From Octopus sinensis (taxonomy: Eukaryota), in contig NW_021833500.1 of assembly GCF_006345805.1 (NCBI RefSeq), positions 1-34,416 of the forward strand: a DNA stretch of 34,416 bases, written 5' to 3'. The position numbers were made by a program, and so were the translations under genes. Shown in pieces: positions 1-11,361 of this stretch. Under the pieces are notes generated by a model. That model ran no database searches. It was not told the origin of the DNA and was given only the letters and a program-made list of their open reading frames with translations. Each line of letters begins with the position of its first letter. Position 1 is the first letter of the stretch.

Positions 1-330
1 ATTATTAAAAAAAAAATGTATGCACAAAGCAAAACAACAAGGCAGAGGACAAGAGAAAATCCATGGAGATGATGCAAGCATTCATAGGAGAAATACATAT
101 AATTACATAAGATTTAAAAGTAAAAAAGAAGAGCCTAAAATATCGTACACATTTCTGTACACAAACACACAAGAGTGTATGTTTGTGTGTAAAATCAGAA
201 TCTGACGTTGTTTATTTTCACTAAGGAATATGAATTACATAGTTTGTTAAAATAATTTGATATTTTGTAATTTTCTGCTCAATGAATTCAATTTTGGAAT
301 GGTCTTCCATTGTTAACACATAAACTCACA

Positions 331-584
331 GACACACACACATGCACGCACACCACACACACACAGATGCACACACGCATGCACACACACACACCACACA
401 CATATATGTATACATAAATATATAACATATGTGTGTATGTGTATGTGTGTGTGTATACACAGACAAATGGAAAGAGAGAGACTTTCTGAATATTATCATC
501 AGCCAAATTATAAAATCATTTTTTCATGCTACCATGGATTATTTGAGACACACACACATATATATATATATATACATACATACA

Positions 585-618
<34 letters not shown>

Positions 619-650
619 CACACACACGCACGCACACATTATATACACAT
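331..650. repeat. Compound (CA)n/(TA)n/(TACA)n microsatellite
   Basis: Directly visible dinucleotide and tetranucleotide runs; source of ORFs 288-506, 429-656 and 431-679. Confidence 0.95.
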
Positions 651-903
651 GTGTAAGGAATGGACAAGAAAGGGAATAATCAACATCACATTGTTGGTAA
701 CAGAATGACTTCTAAGGACAGAATGATTGGTGTTAATGAAGAACTCATAATTTCATGCTGATATTTGACAATTTTAGCAACTGTTCAACTGTAGATAGAC
801 TAACCCTAACATACAAAATTAGAAAGAAGGGTAAGAAAGTTTCACATCCTTCTTTTATATATGTATTCAGAGACAAAGACATTTGAAGGCTAAAACAATG
901 TGA

Positions 904-964
904 AGCGCATTGTGACCAGTGATGTGTACCAACATCTGATACCCTGGTCGGTCACGGTCACGGT
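904..964. mobile_element. Short interspersed-repeat end fragment
   Basis: GCGCATTGTGACCAGTGATGTGTACCAACATCTGATACCCTGGTCGGTCACGGTCAC is GC-rich and abuts (TA)n. I recall it as a common octopus repeat end; unverified. Confidence 0.4.
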
Positions 965-967
965 ATC

Positions 968-1006
<39 letters not shown>

Positions 1007-1152
1007 TTTGTCTACATGTACTCTTATTGGTGCAAAACCAATGGTCACTCTATGACCAGCCATAAACTTTTAACTTCCTGAAAAATATATTACTGCTCTA
1101 ATGCTTCAGAGTATGCTTCCCTTTCAGATATATGAACTACTGATGATATGAT

Positions 1153-1217
<65 letters not shown>

Positions 1218-1997
1218 TACACACACCTTCGAAAGATCTGCCAGTGTTAAATCTATGAAATACCACAACGGAGGTTTAAGTTTTGTCAAAATCAAGAACT
1301 TGTTTAAACCAAATCCCTCAACATTTCCCTATTTTAAAGGCAAATTTTTTTCTCTCGTGATGTCTGCTTGCTGCATACAAATATCAGGATTTTGATTATG
1401 CCGTGCATGTATTATAAAATTACAAATGTAGAAATGAGCAGTGAAATGATTGAAAATGCAATAACATACCATTATGCAATTTAATGTAATTTTTCATGAA
1501 ATTCCTGGTAACTTCTTCCAGACTTCTAGGAATCCAGAGAACTGGTAATACAGATCTCAAGAATACCAAGAAACCCTAGTTGGGAAACCCTGATCTCAAC
1601 ATGAAACTGCTAGAAACTGTGACTGCAGCTTTTTAATATGATTTCTAAATATGAATTGAGACTACCATCAAAATCACTAGAAAAGCTTAAACTAATAGTT
1701 GTAAAGTTTCACATTATGTAGTGGTATGTGTGTGAAGCATGACATGACTGAGTTGTTTAGGCCTGTATAAATTCACATTTTACTACAGATTATGCACATA
1801 ATTATTATTGTTCTGGGGTATTACTACAGATCGGTTTTAATAGCAGAAATGATATCCAGCTGTAGAAATAATGGCTCTTACAAAATTTTCCACAACCACT
1901 CATACATAAAACAATGTAAAACATGAAATCTACACACACACACATTGATATACATTGCTCTACATATCACACGCACACACATACATACATATATATA

Positions 1998-2200
1998 TAG
2001 GGAGAATTCACAAAAAACAAAAGACAAAGACAGGCGGTGTAGACAACAAATAAATGTATTAGTATAATGCTTGGGAAGTGAAAAAGACTTTAACATTTCG
2101 AGCCTATGCTCTTTCACAGAAAGGAACACAGAAAGAAACAAGGAGAGAAAATAAAGAATGTGTAGTGGCTAGCGAGCTATCATAGCAAAGGCCGGACAGA
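1998..2200 (-). mobile_element. Penelope-like pseudo-LTR fragment with degenerate hammerhead-like core
   Basis: Minus strand 2123-2088 reads CTTT CTGTGAA A GAGC ATAG GCTC GAAA TGT T AAAG: intact stem II hairpin and GAAA, mutated CUGAUGA box. Embedded between (TA)n runs. Confidence 0.45.
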
Positions 2201-2762
2201 TGTATATATATATATATATTATATATACACACATATATTGTTGTGTGATTATAAAGTTTACTCTACAGCTAAGTGATTTAAAGTTCGGTCTCACTATATG
2301 GCTCTCAGATTAGGTGTCTTCTACTAACAGCTTCAGATTGACCATAGCCATTTGAGAGGAATTAATATATAGAAACAATGAGGGAAGCCAATCTGTGTGT
2401 CTATGTGTATATGTTTATGTATGCGTGAATTTTGTTTCTACATTTTCATTAAAAAACACTTAGCAAAAGTGGTGACTTTGTATACATTCTCCAGTAAACA
2501 AAAGTCTTGTAATTTTAGTGGTTTTGTTAGTTTTGAAATGTGAAGAACAACTGAATGAAATTACATGACTTGGAAAACAGATAAGGATTGGTGGCAGAAA
2601 GAGCGTCCAGCCATAAAAAAGTGAGACTAGGTGATGCAAGCATGGAAAAACATGCAAAACTTAATGATGATCATATTTATGTGTGTATGCACATGTCTAC
2701 ATATGTGTGTTCTACAAGCTTCTGCAGATTGTCCATCTATCAAATTCCACTCAGGTTTGCTA

Positions 2763-2800
<38 letters not shown>

Positions 2801-2872
2801 GAATAAGGGTAAAAATTGATATTAATCAATTAAAACCAGTGGCCTAGCATATTAAAAAATCTGAAGATTAAA

Positions 2873-3200
2873 ATATTTTTTACATAGAAAATTTAAAGGA
2901 CTGAGCACAAAAAGTGGACGGTCAATATGCTAGATATAGACGGCAAAATCGCTATTTTCCACGAAGAATGTGTTCTCAAGAAAAAACTCAGCACAAAACC
3001 AAAGTGTAAAAAATAAGCAAGACAAGTGAAAATATACGAAATAACGGTTACCTATGTACCGATCAGTTTCACTTGTTTTGTGCTGAGTTTTACTGGAGAA
3101 CACATTCTTCGTGGAAAATAACGATTTTGATGTCTATATCTAGCATATTGACCGTCCACTTTTAGTGGTCAGTCCTTTAAATTTTGTAAGTAAAAAATAT
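2873..3200. repeat. Long inverted repeat 1 (arms about 2873-3006 and 3070-3200)
   Basis: AAATTTAAAGGACTGAGCACAAAAAGTGGACGGTCAATATGCTAGATATAGAC...CTCAGCACAAAAC is matched in reverse complement by GTTTTGTGCTGAG...GTCTATATCTAGCATATTGACCGTCCACTTTTAGTGGTCAGTCCTTTAAATTT. Confidence 0.93.
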
Positions 3201-3210
3201 ATATATATAT

Positions 3211-4365
3211 AGTGTTCCAAAAAATGTATACACACTTTGACTGCTGATAGCTTACTTCACATTTCTTTTAAGATTTAACCTGTTAGAAAGAATGGAAGAA
3301 GTTAGACTAAGTTTTGAGTAAAGGAACTTTAATAATATAAATGGATACTGAAAGTTTGAAAATGTAGTGAAAAGACAGTTTAGGTGGAAATTTTAAACAA
3401 ATCCATCTGCATGAAGGATATGGAATTGTTCAGAATGTCCACAAGAATTGTGTCAGAAGACAGCAAATATAGATAGAACCACAAAGTAAGAAGGGGTAGT
3501 AGAAATGCATTGGCAAAGTTCCAGAAAATTTTGTACATCAAGCAGGTCATGAGATAAGAATTTCAAAATCAACCTTCCATCAAATTTTGAGTGGCTGTCA
3601 CTGGAAAAGTTGAATCCTCAGAATAGTTTATGCTCTCAATGGAAATGAACCAGATTCAAGAGTGGGGTTTTGTGAGTAGTATTTGGCAAGATGTGTAGAA
3701 GAACACTTTTCACAAAAGATTGTTTGGAGTCATGAGGCTACATTTAAATTAAGTGGATTAATTAACTACCACAACTACACCTACTGAGGACTTGAAGATC
3801 TGTGTATTATGGAGGAGCATAATGTCAATTTTCTGGGTGTCACAGTATGATGCATCAAAAGGATTAATCAGACGACTCCTTTTTGATGATGCTGCAACTT
3901 GTCCTGTATACTTGAACTTGATGTGACAATCATGCCAAACATTCATGATGACATTGAAGATTTCAAGCAGGATGGTTGGCCTCCACACTACCATAGTAAT
4001 GTAACGGCCTACTTTGATGAGATTGGTCAGAGAGATTCAATACAATACCCACTATATTCACTGGACCTCACACCATTAGAGTTTTTCTGATAAGAATACT
4101 GATAAAGTTCACAGTACAAAACCAGCAACAGTCAATGAAATGAGAGAAAGAATATATATAAAAACTGAATGAAATATTTTTTGATATTTGTTATTCCAGC
4201 GCTTTGTGTTACCGGCAATAACTGAACCAGAATGTTCCTGAATTTGAAAACAGGTGTTCATTATAAAATTAAATGCTGCCTATAGATTCAATTAAATTTT
4301 GAAAATAAAATATATTTTAATAAAAACTGACTTCATAATGTGAGTATGCATTTTTTGAAGACACT
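3211..4365 (+). mobile_element. Tc1/mariner DNA transposon, decayed (maT/DD37D-like by inference)
   Basis: TIRs AGTGTTCCAAAAAATGTATACACACTTTGA (3211-3240) and TCATAATGTGAGTATGCATTTTTTGAAGACACT (4333-4365), TA on the left flank. Broken transposase: MEEVRLSFE at 3292, [18 protein letters not shown] (first D mutated), FKQDGWPPHYHSNV, YSLDLTPLEFF, DKVHSTKPATVNEMRERI. Confidence 0.9.
3292..4155 (+). pseudogene. Transposase pseudogene with stops, frameshifts and deletions
   Basis: ORF 3899-4090 carries QDG..PPH and S.DL.PL.FF motifs; only 30 residues lie between the second and third catalytic D, implying a deletion. Confidence 0.88.
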
Positions 4366-4763
4366 CACACACACACAGAAGCAGTCCCTACTTAAAGTCA
4401 TTTTGCTATAACGCCAATGAGAAATACAATACAATACTGTTTAATAAAAATCTGTAGTACAAGCCTCTCAATCATTCAGGTTTCATTCTTTTGAAATCTC
4501 TAACATTATTCAATTTGGTAAAAATATAATTTTAAAATAAATAAAAAAATAAAATATACTAATTACTTTCTTTTATTTCATAGTCATCACCTATGATACA
4601 ATCTTTATATGTCAACTGTCTACTTTTATGGAGATGCAATTTCTTTAATGTATCACAATACTTAAAATGTAAAATGAACTAAGCAATATAGAGAATAAAA
4701 ATGTATATTTAGCAGAAAGAAAGTAATATATTTCTAAAGCAGTGCCTGTTTAATCTTTATTAC

Positions 4764-4880
4764 TCCACTTAAAAACATCATAAGTAACTCTAGTCCCTTC
4801 ATTGTACTGAGTGCAAAAGATTCCTTTTTGGTTTTTCACTAATAATTTCCCATTCTGCTGACCTTTTAAATATGATTTTG
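4764..4880 (-). CDS. Candidate isolated coding exon (117 nt, phase 1-1), product unknown
   Basis: Minus strand CTTAACTTATGATTTTCAAG acceptor, open frame KSYLKGQQNGKLLVKNQKGIFCTQYNEGTRVTYDVFKW, donor GTAATA. No homolog recognised. Confidence 0.3.
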
Positions 4881-5026
4881 CTTGAAAATCATAAGTTAAG
4901 ACAAATAATTTGGATAAACAAAATAATATAGAGAGGTGCAAGTGTACAAATTAAAATAAAGTTGGTAAATGGTGAACTATATAATAAAATCTATCAAACC
5001 TGGCCAAATTTTATTACTGCATAGTT

Positions 5027-6070
5027 CATCATCATCACCATCATCATTTAAAGTCTGCTTTCCCTGATGGTATGGGTTGGACGGTTTGTCTCAGGACTGG
5101 CAAGCCAGAAGGCTGTACCAGGCTCCAATCTGATCTGGCATGGCTTCTAGGGCTGGATGCTCTTCCTAATGCCAACCACTCCAAGAGTGTAGAAGGTACT
5201 TTTTATGTGCCACTGGCACAAGGGCTAGTCAGGCAGCACTGGCAATGACCATGCTCGAATGATGCTTTTTACATTCCACTGGTACATGTGCCAGTCAGGT
5301 GGCACTGGCAACAACCATGCTCGAATGGTACTTTTTACATGCCACTGGCATAGGAGCCAGTCAGGTGGCATTGGCAATGACCACACTCGAATGGTGCTTT
5401 TTACATACCACTGGCACAGGATCAGTCAAGTAGCACTGGTACTGACCATGCTTGAATGGTGCTTTTTACATGCCACTGGCACTGGAACCAGTCAGGTGGA
5501 ACAGGCATTGACCATGCTTGAACGGTGCTTTTTATGTGCCACCAGCATGGGTGCCAGTCAGGTGGTACTGGTATCAACCACAACAATGATTTCACTTGAC
5601 ATAACAGGTCTACTCAAGCACAATTTATTGCCCAATGATTGAAGGATAGTCTTAAATGGGCCAGTTATGCTACACTGGCATAAGCCACAGTTATGGTCGC
5701 ACTTGGCTTGCCAGGTCTTCTCAAGCACAACATATATCCAAAGGTCTCAGTTGCTCATCATCACCTCCGTGAAGCCCAACGGTCAAAGGTCATGCTTCAC
5801 CAGCTCATCCCATGTCTTCTTGAGCCTACCTTTACCTTTTTAGCAGTTGACTATGGTGCTGCAGCACCAGTCATTGGGCATGACTCCTTCATGCATCACC
5901 TGGTTGACTATACTAGTGACTAGACTATAGCCAACACTGCCAGATATTTTAAGCATCTCTGCTGTGATTCCTGATGGGCTGAGGGCTTTCCCTGTCTTCA
6001 TACCTTTAATTGCTTTATCTATCAAGGTACTGTCAATTTGGAGAATAATATTAGCAGATGCTCCTGGCAA
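5027..6070 (-). mobile_element. RTE-clade LINE, 5'-truncated and internally deleted
   Basis: Minus strand IDKAIKGMKTGKALSPSGITAEMLK...PNDWCCSTIVNC*KGKG (start of RT region) joins directly to RLKKTWDELVKHDL and LWIYVVLEKTWQAK (RTE C-terminus), then 3' UTR with 66-bp repeats and an (ATG)n tail at 5027. Confidence 0.88.
5193..5585 (-). repeat. 66-bp tandem repeat, about 6 copies, inside RTE 3' UTR
   Basis: TTTTTA(C/T)..CCAC marker at 5200, 5266, 5332, 5398, 5463 and 5529 (spacing 65-66). Confidence 0.92.
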
Positions 6071-6394
6071 TTTTTACTCTACAATTGACAATTCCTCAAT
6101 TTATTTCTGTCGCAGTGACTGTTAAAATGCTGTCTCTAAGTACAGAATAAAAATTGAAAAAGCAGAGGAAAAATGTAACATTAGAAACTAAATTTCAAAA
6201 TGTTGGGAAAATTCACTAATAGGTATTGAGCTGTAGATATTGGAATAACTTTTGGTCAGCAAACAACAACAGTGTGAATAATTTGTAGTAATGCTCCAAA
6301 AATTACAGCAATCCTTTAACTGCTACAAAATTAACCTTGAATAGAATCAGTTAGTGGACTAAATGGAAAGATGTTTGGAAACCAAATGAGGATA

Positions 6395-6497
6395 TACAGT
6401 AGGAAGAGCATCCTATCATAGGAAAGTTGGCCTCAACAAAATTTTGTCTAACCCATATCAGCATTGGAAAAAGAGATGTAAAACTGATGGTGATCAT
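6395..6497 (+). mobile_element. Degenerate RTE 3'-tail copy
   Basis: TAGGAAGAGCATCC...CTAACCCATATCAGCATTGGAAAA...GATGGTGAT resembles the tails at 8275-8417 and 11415-11558. Confidence 0.55.
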
Positions 6498-6691
6498 ATT
6501 AATGGGTGTGTGTGAATCAGTGTAACTTTCGATGGTCATTACTTGCTTAACAAATGAAAGCTCTTAGTGTATTTGGTAACTTAGGTAAAAAGAAAAGAAA
6601 CAAAGAATTCTAGTGTGAAAACATCACAACTGTTGTGGTTTGTTTGAGCATTTCAAGAATCACTGAAGAAAAGCAGAACATACAGAAAGTA

Positions 6692-7078
6692 TATGGAAGC
6701 ACTCCGTCGGTTACGACGATGAGGGTTCCGGTTGATCCGAATCAACGGAACAGCCTGCTCGTGAAATTAACGTGTAAGTGGCCGAGCACTCCACAGACAT
6801 GTGCACCCTTAATGTAGTTCTCGGGGATATTCAGTGTGACACAGAGAGTAACAAGGCCGGCCCCTTGAAATACAGGTACAACAGAAACAGGAAGTAAGAG
6901 TGAGAGAAAGTTGTGGTGAAAGAGTACAGCAGGGATCACCACCATCCCCTGCCGAAGCCTCGTGGAGCTTTTTTAGGTGTTTTCGCTCAATAAACACTCA
7001 CAACGCCCGGTCTGGGAATCGAAACCGCGATCCTATGACCGCGAGTCTGCTGCCCTAACCACTGGGCCATTGCGCCTC
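6692..7078 (-). mobile_element. Full-length tRNA-derived SINE with 13-bp TSD
   Basis: Minus-strand head GAGGCGCAATGGCCCAGTGG (A box) ... GGTTTCGATTCCC (B box); CATACAGAAAGTA duplicated at 6679-6691 and 7079-7091. Confidence 0.92.
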
Positions 7079-7419
7079 CATACAGAAAGTAAAGGAGTCT
7101 GGAAGAGCTAATTGAAACCACAGTAATTTCTCAGTTTTATTTTTCAAAGAAATCAGTGGCTATCAAAAGCTATTCTAAATCTTACCTTTCTGTTCTATGA
7201 CAGAAAAGAAGAAAATAACATTGCCTAACAAAATTTCAATTATTTTGTCTTTGTTCATTAAGTATTGTTTTCCATCTGTTTCTACCTAGAAATCAAAGGA
7301 GATGACTATTATTCCCTTCAAACTTTGTTTTATGACCTGGACATCAATGTTTTGAAACTGACCTATTTTCCATTACATTTCAGACAGATTCAGGGTTGAG
7401 TTGCTGAAGCAGAAATATT

Positions 7420-7595
7420 GTTATAGCAAATATTCTGCTCAACACCTCAGAGCAGCTTGTCAATTGTTTGACCTCAACCACTTGAGCATGTCCCTTAGTG
7501 GCTGACAATATGTGCACCTCTAGTCATGAGCAGGGGTAGTAGGGGGAGTATCATAGCCATGTTTTGAGAGGGATTCGTTGGGATTTGAATAAATG
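7420..7595. mobile_element. Internal fragment of the (AAT)n-flanked repeat family
   Basis: AGCAAATATTCTGCTCAA...GAGCATGTCCCTTAGTGGCTGAC...CATAGCCATGT matches 14830-14995 and 18645-18815. Confidence 0.8.
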
Positions 7596-7944
7596 TAACA
7601 AAAGCAAAGCTGGAAGGAAATATTAGCCATTTTTCATACTTTCTAGGGGTAAGCAAAGTTGCTTCCAAGGTAAGATTATGAAATAAATAATGTCATGGAT
7701 TTACTTGATTCACACGGTGAAGGAAGATAGAACAACGTTGTGGTGAGGAAGATGAAGGAGTTGAAGATGCAGAACTAATACAGTTGTTAATACTCTTTAC
7801 TTGTCACTGTTTGAGTAAAGCAGTGGTAATGTTCACATTGTATGCTGATATTACAACTGTGTGATCAGTACTTCCGAACATCTCTGGAATATAAAATCCC
7901 TCACTTGAAAGACAGGTTTGATTTGACTATGGGAAATCAAAATC

Positions 7945-8417
7945 AAATTCAATGACTGGCATCCGTGCTAGTGGAGCGCTAAGAGTACCATACGAGCGTG
8001 ATCATTGCCAGAGCAACAAGTCAGCCTCTGTGCCAATGGCACATAAAAAGCACCATTCGAGCATGATCATTACCTGCTTTGCCTTACTGGCACTTGTGCT
8101 GGTGGCACATGAAAAAACATTCGTGCAAGGTCGTTGCCAGAGCCGCTAAACTGGCTCCTGTGCAGGTGGCACATAAAAAGCACCACTTGAGTGTGGCTGC
8201 TGCCAGTACCGCCTGACTGGCCCTTGTACCGATAGCACGTAAAAGCACCCACTATACTCTTGGAGTGGTTGGCGTTAGGAAGGGCATCCAGCTGTAGAAA
8301 CTCTGCCAGATCAGATTGGAGTCTGGTGCAGCCATCTGGTTCACCAGACCTCAGTCAAATCGTCCAGCCTGTGTTAGCATGGAAAGCGGACGTTAAATGA
8401 TGATGATGATGATGATG
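7945..8417 (+). mobile_element. RTE 3' UTR/tail copy with about 3.5 units of the 66-bp repeat
   Basis: GGAGTGGTTGGCGTTAGGAAGGGCATCCAGCTGTAGAAAC...CATGGAAAGCGGACGTTAAA(TGA)n; repeat units at about 8030, 8096, 8160 and 8226. Confidence 0.88.
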
Positions 8418-8544
8418 AAGAGCATCTGACCATAACATGCTGCCTCTAAAAACTCTCTGTCCAAACCTATGCTAGTATGGAAAAACAAACATGAAATGAA
8501 TGATTGAACAGGCTACTTGACATTGTATTTAATTTATTTCATAT

Positions 8545-8795
8545 ATAACCCCTTAGCATTGCCAGTGCCACATTAAAAGCACTCATTCTGGTGCCAAGTA
8601 AAAGTGATTGTGTCAGTGACAAGTTAATAGCAACCAGTATACTCTGTAAAGTGGTTGGCATTAGGAAGGGCATCCAGCCATAGAAACCAAGCCAAATCAG
8701 ACTGGAACCCAGTGTAGCTTTCTGGTTTGCCAAATGTGGTGTGAGAGGTAGAATATTTGGGCTGCATATGGCTGGTTTAAATTCTAAAGGGTTAA
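8545..8795. mobile_element. Possible TTAA-type (piggyBac-like) MITE ends
   Basis: ATAACCCCTTAGCATT (8545-8560) is an imperfect inverted match to AATTCTAAAGGGTTAA (8779-8795). Confidence 0.35.
8560..8735 (+). mobile_element. Degenerate RTE 3'-tail copy
   Basis: GTGGTTGGCATTAGGAAGGGCATCCAGCCATAGAAACC...AAATCAGACTGG. Confidence 0.75.
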
Positions 8796-9257
8796 AAAAA
8801 AAAACTGTAAAAGCATGAAAGACAAAGTTGACCTCAAAAGAATTTGATCTCTGAACAACAAAAATCATTACTAACTACTGTCAAATGCTTAACCATTTCT
8901 ACTCTTCACATCATAATAATAATGACAGAAACAGATATAATTACAAGTAGCAACAACTTTTCCATAAAGATGCTCAAAAACACAAACAGTCTTAATCTAC
9001 ATTTATAAACTGAAAGATAAAATTCTTTGTCAAATGCCAACAAAAACCATGGCAACAACTATTTTTTTTTATATATTTTTATGCATCTTCATTTATTTAT
9101 CTATTTTGTCTATATTTACCTATGTATTATCCTTTATCTAATCAAGTTTGGTTTAAAAGCTTTTTTACATTAACCTTAATCTTCTCAACATCATTTATTT
9201 ACTCTCACAAGCACACACACAAACACACACGTGTGTATATATATATATATCTATATA

Positions 9258-9340
9258 TAGTTAATCCAAACAAGAAAGCACAAAAAAACACAACAACGCG
9301 AGGACGTGGAACAAATATAGTATTATTGGACGCTCAGGAA
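9258..9340. mobile_element. Short repeat fragment between (TA)n runs, possibly Penelope pLTR
   Basis: GTTAATCCAAACAAGAAAGCAC...GCGAGGACGTGGAACAAATATAGTATTATTGGACGCTCAGGAA; recalled family resemblance only. Confidence 0.35.
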
Positions 9341-9374
9341 ATATATATATATGTGTGTGTGTATATATATATAT

Positions 9375-9468
9375 ATCATCATCATCATCATCATCATCGT
9401 TTAACGTCCGCTTTCCATGCTAGCATGGGTTGGACGGTTCAACTGGGGTCTGGCAAGCCCGAAGGCTG
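9375..9468 (-). mobile_element. RTE 3'-tail fragment
   Basis: (CAT)n CGTTTAACGTCCGCTTTCCATGCTAGCATGGGTTGGACGG, the reverse complement of the tail at 8370-8417. Confidence 0.88.
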
Positions 9469-9585
9469 CATATATATATATATATATATACACACACATA
9501 TATATACATATATATTATATATACACACATATATATACATATATATATATATACATATATATATATACATCATATATATATATAC

Positions 9586-9631
<46 letters not shown>

Positions 9632-9686
9632 TATATATATACATATATATAATATATATATATATATTACATACATATCTATATAT

Positions 9687-9728
<42 letters not shown>

Positions 9729-9955
9729 ATATACATATATATTTATCATGCAGTTATATATGTAAGCCAAACAAGCTTGACCCAATAAAGTGTGTGTATG
9801 TGTGTGTACACACACACACACACACACACATATATCTATATCTACATATCTATATATATATATGATATGCATATATGATGTGTGTACATACACACACATA
9901 CATAGCACATTTTTGTTTTGTTTACATAGTTCCATCATATATATATATATATATT
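9469..9955. repeat. Long imperfect (TA)n/(CA)n microsatellite
   Basis: Directly visible. Confidence 0.95.
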
Positions 9956-10039
9956 CCTCGGGGATTCTCAATCTACAGAAAGAGAACTTGATTGGCCTTA
10001 ACTCATTATTCAAATGATGTTATTTATATCAACTTCATA

Positions 10040-10400
10040 AAGCTGTCTCTGACCTATCTCCTTACATGGCATCCAGTAAAGGCCAATTACTCCTCTCTCT
10101 GCTTTATATATTTTATGCAATTGTTATTGACTGTTGCAATGTTAATGTCAATTTAGCTTTGTCCAATCGAAAAGTGCACGCTTGTGAACAAGACCTCTTT
10201 CAAAAGTGCAGACAATAATTCATTGCTAGATTCAACGTGAGCATCGTTTCAATTGTCTTTTGCAACCATTTTGATTCCTTTATATCCATTAAGGTAGTGT
10301 TCAATAATTACTAAAACAATCGAAAGAAGAATTGATATCCACAGGGAAAGCAGAAACCTCAGTTTCGCTTATTTTCCTGTTAGTCGAATAAACTTCTCTT
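10040..10400 (-). pseudogene. Possible highly degenerate RNase H fragment of a non-LTR retrotransposon
   Basis: Minus-strand fragments VYSTNRK, IVCT/RSCSQA and QLHKIYKAERGVIGLYWMP follow the order of RNase H motifs YTDGSK, DSRS.LQA and CWVPSH, but each is mutated. Confidence 0.33.
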
Positions 10401-10585
10401 ATGCTTTATGAGGAGTGCTTTGTCTTGAGGTCTCAGCTTCTGGTGAAGTTGTAAAGGCGGCACTGTCAAGGACATGCAGACAACAACATGTTATGGGGCA
10501 CCTTTTAGACCTGGTGAAGCCCTACTTTTTTATTCTTCAGGTTTGACTGTGGTCAATTTCTTCAAAAGTGAGTAAGAGACAGGCA

Positions 10586-11178
10586 GACAGGAAGAAGAAG
10601 AAGAGGAAGAAAAGAAGAAGAAGAAGAAGAAGAAGAAGAAGAAGAGGAGGAAGAGGAGGAAGAGGAGGAAGCGGAGGAAGAGGAGGAAGAGGAGGAAGAG
10701 GAGGAAGAGGAGGAAGAGGAAGAAGAAGAAGAAAAAGAAGAAGAAAAAGAAGAAGAAGAGGAGGAGGAGGAGGAAGGAGAAGAGAAAGAAGAAGAAGAAG
10801 AGGAAAAGGAGGAGGAGGAGGAGGAGGAAGGAGAAGAAGAAGAAGAAGAAGAAAATGAGGAGGAGGAAGAAGAAGAAGAAGAAGAAGAAGAGGGTGGGAG
10901 GAGGAGGAAGGAGAAGAAGAAGAAGAAGAAGAAAAGGAGGAGGAGGAGGAAGAAGAAGAAGGAGAAGAAGAAGAAAAAGAAGAAGAGGAGGAAGAGGAGG
11001 AAGAGGAGGAGGAGGAGGAGGAAGGAGAAGAAGAAGAAGAAGAAGAAGAAGAAGAAAAGGAGGAGGAAGAGGAGGGGGAGGAAGGAGAAGAAGAAGAAGA
11101 AGAAAAGGAGGAGGAGGAAGAAGAAGAAGAAGAAGAAGAAGAAGAAGAAGAAGAAGAAAAAGAAGAAAAAGAAGAAGA
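10586..11178. repeat. About 590-nt polypurine (GAA/GGA)n tract
   Basis: Nearly pyrimidine-free on the + strand; source of the poly-R/G/L/P ORFs. Confidence 0.97.
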
Positions 11179-11189
11179 ATCAAATTCAT

Positions 11190-11300
11190 TATAGGATTGC
11201 TACTTTGTCAACTATGAGAAGATAAAGGCCAAGTTGACTTTGGTGATATCTGAACTCTGAATCCAGAGCACCAGAAGAAATACTGCAAGGCAATCTATGA
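11190..11300 (-). mobile_element. Degenerate SINE fragment (Deu/Nin-like family)
   Basis: AGATAAAGGCCAAGTTGACTTTGGTGATATCTGAACTC resembles GAAAGGCAAAGTCGACCTCAGCAAAATTTGAACTC at 16802-16836. Confidence 0.55.
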
Positions 11301-11361
11301 GATGCTATGATGATTCTGAAAAATTTCTCCATTACTATGATTATGGTGCTATGTAAATGCA

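Noticed and set aside
3093-3118. CTGGAGA-CAC..GTG-GAAA in the hairpin 1 arm
   Set aside because: Non-canonical core and no stem I pairing.
5193-5585. Regularly spaced repeats as a CRISPR-like array
   Set aside because: The whole 66-bp unit repeats, there are no unique spacers, and the context is a eukaryotic LINE UTR.
7705-7883. Minus-strand AG...GT segment of 59 codons with one in-frame TGA (possible Sec or editing recoding)
   Set aside because: No homology, no SECIS evidence, phase does not match the next candidate exon, and one such frame is expected by chance.
9047-9056. CCATGGCAAC, an RFX X-box half site
   Set aside because: Half site only, with no nearby first exon.
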